A DNA stretch of 64,000 nucleotides from contig JAJFUM010000373.1 in NCBI GenBank assembly GCA_021372415.1, forward strand, positions 902 to 64,901, written 5' to 3'. The notes under the pieces were generated by a model, which saw only the letters and a list, made by a program, of their open reading frames with translations, did not search any database and was not told the DNA's origin. Origin of the DNA: Deltaproteobacteria bacterium (GTDB lineage: Bacteria > Desulfobacterota > Syntrophia > Syntrophales > UBA5619). Shown piece after piece: positions 9,879 through 19,021 of the stretch. Positions within the stretch are counted from its first letter, which is position 1. Each line of letters begins with the position of its first letter. Both the position numbers and the translations under genes were made by a program.

Positions 9879-9924
9879 TCGTCAAAAACATGACAACCTT
9901 CTTTTTTCGTCAAGTTCGTGACGA
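9879..9924. promoter_or_regulatory. two TCGTCA-N6-TGAC(G/A)A palindromes, candidate enhancer (UAS) sites
   Basis: Site 1 at 9879..9896 (TCGTCAAAAACATGACAA) and site 2 at 9907..9924 (TCGTCAAGTTCGTGACGA). Centres are 28 bp apart and lie about 120-150 bp upstream of the sigma54-like promoter at 10036. Confidence 0.4.
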
Positions 9925-10035
9925 CTTTCCCGATTTTTCCTGGCGCTGAAACAGCGGCCCTTCCTGATCCGGCGATCATGTAACTGTCCGATCCATCTCT
10001 GTTTTTTGCCTTTCCCCATCAGCCGGGAACACATA

Positions 10036-10051
10036 CGGCATATTCCTTGCA
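10036..10051 (+). promoter_or_regulatory. sigma54-type promoter CGGCAT-N5-TTGCA upstream of the PAS hybrid kinase
   Basis: GG/GC at the canonical spacing with a consensus -12 TTGCA, about 120 nt upstream of ATG 10171. Confidence 0.5.
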
Positions 10052-10170
10052 AAAATTAAGGACTTTCAGGAGACTCACGCGGAATGCCCCCGGATTTCCA
10101 CTGTTGAAGAACGGGCCCCGGCAGTCAAAGCCGGAATCCCGGCGACCATTGAATCGACAAGGGTACAGGT

Positions 10171-13053
10171 ATGGTGGAGAACTCCCCGATGTTCCCGTCA
10201 GGACAGGGCCGACAGAAGAGCATTCAAATCCCCAACGAACAATCTGCAGGTGTCGAAGAGCAGGCCAGGACCAGCCAGGTCCTGCGGGCCAGCGAGGAAC
10301 GTTTCCGCAGCCTTGTGGAGACGATCAGCGACTGTGTCTGGGAAGTGGACATGAGCTGCCGGTTCACCTACATCAGTCCGAAGGTCAAGGAACTGCTGGG
10401 TTATGAACCCTGGGAGGTCCTCGGCAGGACGCCCTTCGATTTCATGCCGACGCAGGAGGCTGTCAGGGTGAAGGATTCTTTCACCGATGTGGTCCGTGTC
10501 CGAAGGCCCTTCAAGGCGCTGGAACATGTGTGCCTCCACAGGGACGGCCGGCAGGTGATCATCGAAACCAGCGGGGCCCCCGTCCTGGATGGGGAGGGCA
10601 GGCCCTTGATGTACCGGGGGATCGACCGCGACATCACCGAGCGCAAGAAGATGGAGGAGGCCCTGGTCAACAGCGAGAAGCGGTTCCGCCAGTTGGCCGA
10701 TTCCACCCTGGAAGGGCTCTTCATCTACGACGAGAAAGGGATCATGCTGGATGCGAACCTGTCGCTTCTGAAGATGTCCGGCTACCGCTACGAAGAGGTG
10801 ATCGGGAAGGACGTCATGGGCTTCGTCAGCCCGGAATCCCTGGAACAGGTGCGGAGATTCATGCGGTCGGACTATGAAGGGCCCCGGGAGGTTCTCATGA
10901 GGAGGAAAGACAGGACGTCTCTTATGATCGAGGTCCATGGGAGGCCCATCCTCCACGAGGGGAGGCAGGCCAGGGTGGTGGCCGTCCGGGACATCACCGA
11001 GCGCAGGCGGATGGAGGAGGCTCTCAAGAAGAGCGAGGCGATGTATCACATGATCACCCAGAACATGTCCGACACCCTCTGGCTCATGGACATGAACCTC
11101 AAGACGATTTGGATCAGCCCATCGGTGGAGAAGAAGCGCGGATTCAACTTGGCCGAGATCGAATCGATGCCGCTGGAAAGGCAACTCACCCCGGAATCCT
11201 TCCGGAGCGTTTTGGCGGCTGTCTTGGAGGAACTGACGCCGGAAAGGCTCCATCGGCGCGATCTGGAAATCTCCCGGAACATGGATCTGGAATTCTGCAG
11301 GAAGGACGGCACCTGCTATTGGAGCGAGGCGAGGTTCACCGTGATCCGGGATCGGGAGGGGGTCCCCATCGGCGTGCTCGGCGTCGGGCGCGACATCGAG
11401 GAACGCAAACAGGCCGAAAGAGCCCTCCGCCATTCCGAGGAGCGCTTTTCCAAGGCCTTTCACATGAGCCCCGCCCCCACGACCATCAACACCTTCGACG
11501 AGGGCCGTTATGTGGACATGAACGACAGTTTCCTCCGTCTGCTCGGCTACGGCCGCGAGGAGTTGGTCGGCCTCCGGCTGTCCGATCTGCCAACCTGGGC
11601 GGACCGGGAGGAACGTCGCGCGCTCTTCAAAGAGCTGAAGGCCGCGGGTTTTGTCCGCGGCCGGATGCTCCATCTGCTGACGAAGACCGGAGAGATCAGA
11701 GAAGTCCTGACCTCCTGCGAGACCATCACGCTCAACGACCGCCGGTTCGTCCTCTCGATCTGCTATGACGTCACCGAGCAGAGGCGGCTCGAAAGCCAGC
11801 TCCGCCGCTCCCAAAAGATGGAGGCCGTCGGGACGCTGGCAGGCGGAATCGCCCATGATTTCAACAATATCCTTGGTGCCGTGATCGGCTACACGGAGAT
11901 CGCCCAGAGGGAATCCGGGTTGAGCCCGCGGCTCAAGCGGCATCTGGGACAGATCCACAAGGCGGGGGAACGGGCGACGCAGTTGGTCCAGCAGATCCTC
12001 ACCTTCAGCCGCCAGGTCGAGGAAAGGCCGCAGCCCATTCGGATCCGGCCCATCATCAAGGAGGCGCTCCATCTGCTCAGGGCCTCCCTTCCCTCGACGA
12101 TCCTGATCCGCCAGGACATCCGGGCCGAGCATGACATGATCCTCGCCGATCCCACGCAGATCCACCAGATCATGATGAACCTCTGCACGAACGCCGCCCA
12201 CGCCATGCGGGAGGGCAAGGGCGAATTGACCATCCGGCTGGCCCCTGCGGAGGTCGGGGATCGCGACGCCCCGTCTGACCTGCACGGCCTGAACGCCGGC
12301 CGGTACCTGGTCCTGACGGTGGGCGATACGGGAGTCGGGATCGAACCGGGGGTCATCGACCGAATCTTCGATCCCTTTTTCACGACCAAGAAGCCGGGCG
12401 AGGGGACGGGGATGGGCCTCGCCGTTGTTCACGGGATCGTCAAGAACTGCGGCGGGGCGGTCACGGTGAAAAGCGAGCCGGGAAAGGGGGCGGAGTTCAA
12501 CGTCTACTTCCCGCTTCTGCCGGAGGAGACAGAGGGGGGGGCTGCCTCCGACGCCATGGCCGATATCGCAGGAGGGATCGAGACCCTCCTGTTGATCGAC
12601 GACGAGGAGGCCCTCGTCCAGGTCGGCTCGGAGATGCTGGCGGGCCTTGGCTACAAGGTCATCGGCCGGACGAGCAGCCTGGAGGGCCTCGAGCTTTTCC
12701 GCGCCCGGCCGGACCGGTTCGACTTGGTGATCACCGATCTGACGATGCCGATCCTGACCGGGATCGACCTGGTCCGGGAGATCAAGCGGATCCGGCCCGG
12801 GATGCCGGTGATCCTCTGTTCGGGATTCAATGAGGCGATGACGCGCGAGAAGGCCATGGAGCTGGGTGTGGACGAATTCATCCTCAAGCCCATCGTGTTC
12901 AAGCATATCGCCCCGACCATCCGGCGCGTCCTGGACGGGGGAATCGGCCCGCGTGCCGGTATCCCCGGGAATGAAGCCGGTGGGGGTAATGAGTCCTTGA
13001 CACTCGGAAGGACCCCGCCTATACTCGCGCCCCCTGAAAGAAGCTCCGCATGA
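10171..13053 (+). CDS. hybrid sensor histidine kinase with about 4 PAS domains, HisKA, HATPase and C-terminal receiver
   Basis: Repeated PAS modules, each ending DITERK/DITERR/DIEERK/DVTEQR. H-box [12 protein letters not shown]1 DTGVGI, G2 [11 protein letters not shown]. Receiver LLIDDEE...[10 protein letters not shown]. Confidence 0.9.
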   Translation: MVENSPMFPSGQGRQKSIQIPNEQSAGVEEQARTSQVLRASEERFRSLVETISDCVWEVDMSCRFTYISPKVKELLGYEPWEVLGRTPFDFMPTQEAVRVKDSFTDVVRVRRPFKALEHVCLHRDGRQVIIETSGAPVLDGEGRPLMYRGIDRDITERKKMEEALVNSEKRFRQLADSTLEGLFIYDEKGIMLDANLSLLKMSGYRYEEVIGKDVMGFVSPESLEQVRRFMRSDYEGPREVLMRRKDRTSLMIEVHGRPILHEGRQARVVAVRDITERRRMEEALKKSEAMYHMITQNMSDTLWLMDMNLKTIWISPSVEKKRGFNLAEIESMPLERQLTPESFRSVLAAVLEELTPERLHRRDLEISRNMDLEFCRKDGTCYWSEARFTVIRDREGVPIGVLGVGRDIEERKQAERALRHSEERFSKAFHMSPAPTTINTFDEGRYVDMNDSFLRLLGYGREELVGLRLSDLPTWADREERRALFKELKAAGFVRGRMLHLLTKTGEIREVLTSCETITLNDRRFVLSICYDVTEQRRLESQLRRSQKMEAVGTLAGGIAHDFNNILGAVIGYTEIAQRESGLSPRLKRHLGQIHKAGERATQLVQQILTFSRQVEERPQPIRIRPIIKEALHLLRASLPSTILIRQDIRAEHDMILADPTQIHQIMMNLCTNAAHAMREGKGELTIRLAPAEVGDRDAPSDLHGLNAGRYLVLTVGDTGVGIEPGVIDRIFDPFFTTKKPGEGTGMGLAVVHGIVKNCGGAVTVKSEPGKGAEFNVYFPLLPEETEGGAASDAMADIAGGIETLLLIDDEEALVQVGSEMLAGLGYKVIGRTSSLEGLELFRARPDRFDLVITDLTMPILTGIDLVREIKRIRPGMPVILCSGFNEAMTREKAMELGVDEFILKPIVFKHIAPTIRRVLDGGIGPRAGIPGNEAGGGNESLTLGRTPPILAPPERSSA

Positions 13054-13075
13054 CGGGGCGCATTGGAACCCGGTG

Positions 13076-14248
13076 ATGACTCTTTTGGATGCACGCACGA
13101 TTATGGCCGTGATGGCGATCAGCTGCCTGATCGTCTCGGCGGGGCTCTTCATCACCCATGCGGGGCGCTTCCGCCGCGACGGGATGCGGCTCTGGGCAGC
13201 TGGCTTTGCCTTCCTGTTCGCGGCCTGGGCCCTGATCGGCGCCCGTTCGCTCATCCCGGACATCTTCTCGATCGTTGTGGCCAACGCCTTCCAGGCGGTG
13301 AGCTACGCCCTCTTCTATGCCGCCGTGCGGGAATTTCAGGGCAAAGCATCCCGGCATGACGTCCTGATCTTGCCGGCCCTGGCCGCTGTCATCTTCTTCT
13401 GGGTCTATATCGACAACCTGGCCTATCGGGTGATCTTCAGCGGGTTCCTCTTCGGCCTCCAGTGCGCCCTGATCGCCTGGACTCTGTTCAGCGGTGCGCC
13501 CATCCGGCTTCGGCGCACCCACTGGCTCACCGGCTGTGCCTTTCTGGTGGCCTCCCTGCTCTGGGTCTTCCGGATGCTGGATGCCTTGGTCGGTCCGCCG
13601 GAAAACCTGCCCCTTATGACCTCTTCCCTGGCCCGTTGCGGGAGCCTGATGATCGGCTTCGGCTTCTTTCTTTTGAGCAGCTACGGTTTTCTCCTGATGA
13701 CGCGGGAGCGGGCCGATCAGGAGAACGAACGGCTGGCCACCCTGGATTCGCTGACGGAGATCTTCAACCGCCGCACCTTCCTGGACCTGGCCGAGAAGGA
13801 GATCGCCAGGAGCCGCCGGAACGGCTTCCCCCTGGCCCTTCTGATGGTGGACTTCGACCACTTCAAGAAGATCAACGACACCTACGGCCACCTGACCGGC
13901 GATGTCATCCTGAAGGCCTTTACGGCCCTGACCCTGACCTGCCTGAGGCGGAACGACATCTTCGGGCGGTACGGGGGGGAGGAATTCGCCATCCTCCTGC
14001 CAGAAACGGACAGCCGCGGCGCGCAGTTCTTTGCGGAACGGCTCCGCTCCCGGATCGCCGCCGCGGCCATGCCGGCCGGCGGGGACGCTGTGAACTGGAC
14101 GGTCAGCATCGGCATCACCTCCCTGAGCGGCGCCGATACGACCGATCTGGACGGGATCCTCCGGGTTGCCGATGAAGCCCTCTATGCGGCCAAGAACAGG
14201 GGGCGGGATCGTATCGTCCAGCTCGCCACCGCAGTGGCCCTCAAATAG
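13076..14248 (+). CDS. membrane-bound diguanylate cyclase (GGDEF), paralog 1
   Basis: About 6 N-terminal TM helices, then the GGDEF domain. Active site RYGGEEF with I-site RRND five residues upstream. The ORF track start 13073 is GTG; ATG is at 13076. Confidence 0.9.
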   Translation: MTLLDARTIMAVMAISCLIVSAGLFITHAGRFRRDGMRLWAAGFAFLFAAWALIGARSLIPDIFSIVVANAFQAVSYALFYAAVREFQGKASRHDVLILPALAAVIFFWVYIDNLAYRVIFSGFLFGLQCALIAWTLFSGAPIRLRRTHWLTGCAFLVASLLWVFRMLDALVGPPENLPLMTSSLARCGSLMIGFGFFLLSSYGFLLMTRERADQENERLATLDSLTEIFNRRTFLDLAEKEIARSRRNGFPLALLMVDFDHFKKINDTYGHLTGDVILKAFTALTLTCLRRNDIFGRYGGEEFAILLPETDSRGAQFFAERLRSRIAAAAMPAGGDAVNWTVSIGITSLSGADTTDLDGILRVADEALYAAKNRGRDRIVQLATAVALK

Positions 14249-14358
14249 GGATCGACATCCCCCAGAAAGATGGATAGCATCGCTCCGGCCGTTGCCGCCC
14301 GGAGGCGTTCGCTTCCGGGACCTCTGGGATGTGGAGTTCCCAGCGCGGGGAGTGGATC

Positions 14359-15534
14359 ATGTTCATCACCTTTGACACCCAGACCGTTCTGATCTTCACA
14401 TCTATGGGCTGTTTCATCGTTTCGGCAGCCCTGTTTTTTGCCCATGCCGGGCGTTTTCGCCGTGACGGGATGCGCCTCTGGACATTGGGTTACGCCGTCA
14501 AGGGCGTCGCCTTCGGACTCTTCGGGGGCCGATGGTTCCTCCCGGACTTCCTTTCGATCGATATCGGCTGCACCCTCCTTGCGGGGAGTTATTCCCTCCT
14601 CTACGCCGCGGTGCGGGAGTTCCAGGGGAAGCCCAGCCCGCGAAAAACCCTGCTTGTGCCGGTCATCGCCACCTTCATCCTTGCCCTGGTCTTTACGGAG
14701 AATATGCCCGTTCGGGTCGCCCTGACCGGCGCGATCTTGAGCCTCCAGGCCATCGTCATCGCCCGCATCCTCTTTCACGACGCCCCCAACCGCCAGCAGC
14801 GCTCCTATTGGCTGACGGGCGTATCGTTTTCGATGATGGCCGTGGTTTGGATTTTGTGGGGCCTGGAGGTGTTCTACGGTTCGCGCGAAGAGCTTTCCCT
14901 CGTGGCGTCGACGCTCTACCGTTCGGCCAGCCTGACCGTCGGCCTTCACGGCCTCATCCTGGGCAACATCGGGTTCCTGCTCATGACCCGGGAGCAGGCT
15001 GCCCAGGAGAACGAGCGGCTGGCCACGCTGGATCCGCTGACGGAGACCTTCAACCGCCGGACATTTCTCGATCTGGTCAGGAGGGAGATCGCCCGGAGCC
15101 GCCGGAGCGGCCGTCCCCTGGTCCTGATGATGATGGACATCGACGACTTCAAGAGGATCAACGACACCTATGGGCACCTGGCCGGCGACAATGTCTTGAG
15201 GCGCCTGGCTGCAGTGACCTTGAGCTGCCTGCGCCGCAATGATTTCTTCGGCCGGTACGGCGGAGAGGAATTCATCGTTCTGCTGCCGGAGACGGATGGG
15301 GCCGGTGCGTCTCTCTTGGCCGAGCGTTTGCGCAGCCGGATTGCAGAGGCCTCCGTTCAGGAGGGCCCGGCCACGGTGCGTTGGACGGTCAGCATCGGCC
15401 TGACGGTCCTGCATGCCGCGGATGCAGCGGAGCTGGACCTCCTGCTGCGGACCGCCGATGAGGCGCTTTACAGCGCCAAGGCCCAGGGGAAGAATCGCGT
15501 CGTCCAGATGGCCCTCCCATCCCCGCCCAAATAG
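14359..15534 (+). CDS. membrane-bound diguanylate cyclase (GGDEF), paralog 2
   Basis: Collinear with the previous gene along the whole length (HAGRFRRDGMRLW, AAVREFQGK, ENERLATLD, RYGGEEF, I-site RRND). ATG 14359 aligns with the paralog 1 start. The ORF opens at 14329. Confidence 0.9.
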   Translation: MFITFDTQTVLIFTSMGCFIVSAALFFAHAGRFRRDGMRLWTLGYAVKGVAFGLFGGRWFLPDFLSIDIGCTLLAGSYSLLYAAVREFQGKPSPRKTLLVPVIATFILALVFTENMPVRVALTGAILSLQAIVIARILFHDAPNRQQRSYWLTGVSFSMMAVVWILWGLEVFYGSREELSLVASTLYRSASLTVGLHGLILGNIGFLLMTREQAAQENERLATLDPLTETFNRRTFLDLVRREIARSRRSGRPLVLMMMDIDDFKRINDTYGHLAGDNVLRRLAAVTLSCLRRNDFFGRYGGEEFIVLLPETDGAGASLLAERLRSRIAEASVQEGPATVRWTVSIGLTVLHAADAAELDLLLRTADEALYSAKAQGKNRVVQMALPSPPK

Positions 15535-15638
15535 GGATCGACATCTCCGGTGAAGCTTGGTAGCATTCCCCGCGGTTGGAACTCCTTCCGGCGGCTCTGA
15601 TCTCCGGGACGGAGATCCGGGTTTTCTGCGAGGCATCC

Positions 15639-16457
15639 ATGGCCGAACTGCCTGAGGGCGAGATTCATCTTTGGCTGGCCTTTACCGGCGCGGGAGAGGC
15701 CTCGGTCTCGATGGACGCGGTCCGCAGGCTCCTCGATGCCGACGAGTCCGCCCGGATGGAGCGAATCCGCCTTCCCGGGGACCGCGAGCTTTTCGGGACG
15801 AGCCGTTTTCTGCTCCGGTCGGCCCTTGCCCATTACACGGGCATCAGTCCGGAGACCTGGCGGTTCCTCCGGGACGGCCGCGGCAAGCCGAGGATCGATC
15901 CCCGGAGCGGTCCCGCCTCGCTTCGATTCAGCATTGCCCACACCTCGGGACTGGCGGTGGTGGCCCTGGCCGCTGGCCGGGAGATCGGCGTGGATGTAGA
16001 GAGGGCGGACCGATCCCTGGATGCCGGGAGGCTGGCCCGGCGGTTCTTCTCGGCAGGCGAGCGCGCCGAACTGGAGGCCCTGCCGCCGGAGGGGCGGCGC
16101 GAGGGCTTCGTCCGCACCTGGACCCTGAAGGAGGCCTACCTCAAAGCCGTCGGCCGCGGCCTCACCCTCTGCCTGGACACCTTCGCCTTTCGCCTGACCG
16201 GCGAGCGGCCCTGGTCGATTGTCTTTTCCGGGGAGGGAGAAGGGGCGGACGAAGGGTGGCGCTTCGCTCTGGCCGAACCCCGGCCGCCCTACATGGTCGC
16301 CCTGGCTGCGGTCCCCGGCGGGCCTGGGGTCCTGAGGGTGCGGTGCCGGCGTCTCCTGCCGGATGGGGGCACGGGCCCTGTCCCCTGCGAACCCCTGGGC
16401 TGGTCCGAGGGGGTGGCGTTTCGGTTCGATGGTCCAGAAGACGACAGGCATGGATAG
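15639..16457 (+). CDS. Sfp-type 4'-phosphopantetheinyl transferase
   Basis: Motifs GRGKPRI, FSIAHTSG, GVDVE, WTLKEAYLKAVG. Start ATG 15639 (MAELPEGEIHLW) inside the longer ORF 15576. Confidence 0.85.
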   Translation: MAELPEGEIHLWLAFTGAGEASVSMDAVRRLLDADESARMERIRLPGDRELFGTSRFLLRSALAHYTGISPETWRFLRDGRGKPRIDPRSGPASLRFSIAHTSGLAVVALAAGREIGVDVERADRSLDAGRLARRFFSAGERAELEALPPEGRREGFVRTWTLKEAYLKAVGRGLTLCLDTFAFRLTGERPWSIVFSGEGEGADEGWRFALAEPRPPYMVALAAVPGGPGVLRVRCRRLLPDGGTGPVPCEPLGWSEGVAFRFDGPEDDRHG

Positions 16458-16513
16458 GATCAGGCAGGCGGCCCGGCGGCGGGCCGGGGCGGGCAAGGAG
16501 GACTAAGCGGACC

Positions 16514-17311
16514 ATGAGGAAGACGATCGTCCAGTTGTACGAAATCCAGGACCCGCGGGAAGCGGAGCGGCTCGTCGAGATGGGGGTGGACCATATCGGG
16601 AGCGTGCTTCTCTCCCTGGAAGGGTGGAAGGTCCCCGCCATCCGGGACGTCTGCCGCCTGGTCGGGTCCTCGCCCGCCAAGAGCAGCCTGATCCCACTTT
16701 TCACAGGGGCTGACGACATCCTGCGCGCCCTGGACTACTACCAGCCCGCCCTCGTCCATTTCTGCGAACTCATCCCTCTGGCGGCCTCCGATCAGGCCCG
16801 CCGGGAGGCCTGCCTGGCCGACCTGGTCCGGACCCAGGAGCGGGTCAAAAGGGAGTTTCCGCCGGTCGGGATCGTCCGGTCGATCCCTGTGCCGGCGGCG
16901 GCCCCGGCCGATCCGGCCCCTGCCCGGGAGGCGATCCTCCAGATCGTCCGGAGCCTGGGGCCGCACAGCGACTTCTTCATGACCGACACCCTCCGCGGTT
17001 CCGTGGAGGGCGGGGATACCCAGCCGGTCGAGGGGTATGTCGGGATCACGGGGGAGACTTGCGACTGGGAACTGGCTGCGGCACTCATCGAGGCGAGCCC
17101 GATCCCCCTGATCCTCGCCGGAGGGATCGGCCCCGAAAACGCCTTCGAGGCGGTCAGCCGGCTCCGTCCCGCCGGGATCGACAGCTGCACCCGAACCAAC
17201 GCCCGCGATCCTCTGGGGAGGCCCGTCCGGTTTCGGAAGGACCTGGAACGTGTCCGTCGGCTCCTGGACGAGGTCGAAAGGGCGGAGGAGGGGCTCCGGG
17301 CAGCGCGGTAG
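16514..17311 (+). CDS. divergent phosphoribosylanthranilate isomerase (TrpF)-family TIM-barrel protein
   Basis: AAGGAGG RBS before ATG 16514. C-terminal GITGETCDWELAAALIEASPIPLILAGGIGPENAFEAV...GIDSCT mirrors the TrpF GGTG..FDW...P.ILAGGL.PENV...GVDVSSG pattern. The N-terminal half is divergent and no trp genes are adjacent. Confidence 0.55.
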   Translation: MRKTIVQLYEIQDPREAERLVEMGVDHIGSVLLSLEGWKVPAIRDVCRLVGSSPAKSSLIPLFTGADDILRALDYYQPALVHFCELIPLAASDQARREACLADLVRTQERVKREFPPVGIVRSIPVPAAAPADPAPAREAILQIVRSLGPHSDFFMTDTLRGSVEGGDTQPVEGYVGITGETCDWELAAALIEASPIPLILAGGIGPENAFEAVSRLRPAGIDSCTRTNARDPLGRPVRFRKDLERVRRLLDEVERAEEGLRAAR

Positions 17312-17345
17312 GCCTTTTCGTTTCAGACAAAGGAGGATTCAGACG

Positions 17346-17804
17346 ATGCGGAGAGCCGATCGGGAAATCAAGGACCCGGAAGAGATCCGGGCGATCATGG
17401 AGGCCGCCCAGGTCTGCAGGATCGGGATGTGCGACGAAGGGGGCCCCTATGTCGTGCCGATGAATTTCGGCCTGGGGGAGAACTGCCTCTATTTCCACTG
17501 CGCACGGGAGGGAAGGAAGATCGACATCCTCCGGAAAAACGGCCGGGTCTGTTTCGAGATGGACATCCTCCACGAGGTCCGGCGGGAGGCCCTCCGCTGC
17601 GGCTGCACCGCCCGCTTCGACAGCATCATCGGCTTCGGCCGGGCGGTGATCCTGGAGGATTCCGGAGAGAGGAAGACCGCCCTGGACCGGATCATGACGC
17701 ACTATGGCTCCGAGGGGCCCTTTGATTATGCCGGGGAGTACTTCGCCAAGACGGCGATCATCCGGATCGACATCGAGCAGATGACCGGCAAGCACCACGA
17801 CTAG
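17346..17804 (+). CDS. pyridoxamine 5'-phosphate oxidase-like (Pyridox_ox_2) flavin-binding protein
   Basis: AAAGGAGG RBS. MRRADREIKDPEEIRAIMEAAQVCRIGMCDEGGPYVVPMNF...LYFHCAREGRKIDIL is typical of this family. Confidence 0.75.
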   Translation: MRRADREIKDPEEIRAIMEAAQVCRIGMCDEGGPYVVPMNFGLGENCLYFHCAREGRKIDILRKNGRVCFEMDILHEVRREALRCGCTARFDSIIGFGRAVILEDSGERKTALDRIMTHYGSEGPFDYAGEYFAKTAIIRIDIEQMTGKHHD

Positions 17805-17879
17805 CGGCGCAGGCGGCCGGCTCCCCGGACCAGACCCGCCGGGAAGGTCCAACGGCCATCCGGGGCTGTCATTCCTCCA

Positions 17880-17908
17880 TTGACGGAAGCCCCCTTATTG
17901 GATATAAA
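17880..17908 (+). promoter_or_regulatory. sigma70-like promoter TTGACG-N17-TATAAA upstream of the ABC operon
   Basis: TTGACG at 17880..17885, exactly 17 nt, then TATAAA at 17903..17908. A CCATTC-GTGG-GAATGG inverted repeat follows in the leader. Confidence 0.5.
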
Positions 17909-17995
17909 AAGCAGACGACCCGTCGGTTTTCCATTCGTGGGAATGGTCCGGGATTTCTTCCCGGTTCTCTGAAAGATTCGGAAGGAGGTTCTGCA

Positions 17996-19009
17996 ATGAG
18001 AAGATGGGGACTGTGCTTCGTTCCGTTTTTTTTGTTGGCCCTCTTTTTGACCGCCGGCGCCGCGCCGGCCCAGGAGACCCTGAACGCCTACTCGATCTGG
18101 CCGGAGAACTGGGCCCGGCCGATGTTTCAGGAGTTCGAGAAAGCGACCGGCGTCAAAGTCAACTTCATCCGATTCTCCTCCGGTGAAGCCCTCGCCCGGA
18201 TCATCGCCGAGAAGAACAACCCGCGCGTCGATGTCCTCTTCGGCGGTCCCGTGGAGACCCACATCGCCGGCATCAAGGAGGGCGTCTTCGAACCCTACAA
18301 GCCGCCGGCCTTCGCCGAGCTCGCGCCCCGCTTCAAGGACCCCCAGGCCTACTGGGTGGGGATCGCCGACGATCCCCTGGTCTTCATGAGCAACAACAAG
18401 TTCCTCAAGGAGAAGGGGCTCACGCCGCCCGTTTCCTGGAACGACCTTCTGAACCCCGCCTACAAGGGAATGATCCAGATGGCCGACGCCCGGACCTCCG
18501 GGACGGCCGTCACCCGGATTTTCTCGATCCTCGAGGTCAACGGCCGCGACGAGAACAAGGCCTTCGACTACATGAAGAAACTCCGCCAGAATGTCCAGGT
18601 CTACACCAAGAGCGGCGGCGGCGGGACGATCCCGGTGGGGCTGGCCCAGGCGGGAGGGGGGATCTTCTTCATCGTGGATGCCCTCAAGACCCGCCAGGAG
18701 GGCTACGACGTGGCGATCTCCTTCCCGAAGGAGGGGATCGGAACCTCCGTCGAGGCGATTGCCCTGCTCAAGGGCGCCAAGAACCCCAGCGTCGGCAAGA
18801 AGTTGATCGACTGGGCCGCGAGCCCCGCCATGCAGAACTTCTACGCCCCCTACAAGATCAATTTCATCCCGGCCCATCCGAAGGTGAAGACCGAGGCGTC
18901 TCTCGCCGAGATCATCAAGGGCGCCAGGATTTTCCCGATCAACGAGGAATGGGCGGGCCAGAACCGAAAGCGGATTGTGGACCGCTGGATCAAGGAGGTC
19001 CTGCCGTAA
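17996..19009 (+). CDS. ABC transporter periplasmic substrate-binding protein, Fe(III)/FbpA-like family 1
   Basis: Signal peptide ending AGAAPAQE with GGAAGGAGG RBS. Family-1 SBP pattern (VDVLFGGP, GIADDPLVF). Followed by a permease and an ATPase. Confidence 0.8.
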   Translation: MRRWGLCFVPFFLLALFLTAGAAPAQETLNAYSIWPENWARPMFQEFEKATGVKVNFIRFSSGEALARIIAEKNNPRVDVLFGGPVETHIAGIKEGVFEPYKPPAFAELAPRFKDPQAYWVGIADDPLVFMSNNKFLKEKGLTPPVSWNDLLNPAYKGMIQMADARTSGTAVTRIFSILEVNGRDENKAFDYMKKLRQNVQVYTKSGGGGTIPVGLAQAGGGIFFIVDALKTRQEGYDVAISFPKEGIGTSVEAIALLKGAKNPSVGKKLIDWAASPAMQNFYAPYKINFIPAHPKVKTEASLAEIIKGARIFPINEEWAGQNRKRIVDRWIKEVLP

Positions 19010-19021
19010 GGGAAGAAATCC

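Noticed and set aside
15639-16457. PPTase as evidence for a PKS/NRPS biosynthetic cluster in this window.
   Set aside because: No carrier protein, KS, A or C domain genes occur anywhere in the 64 kb.
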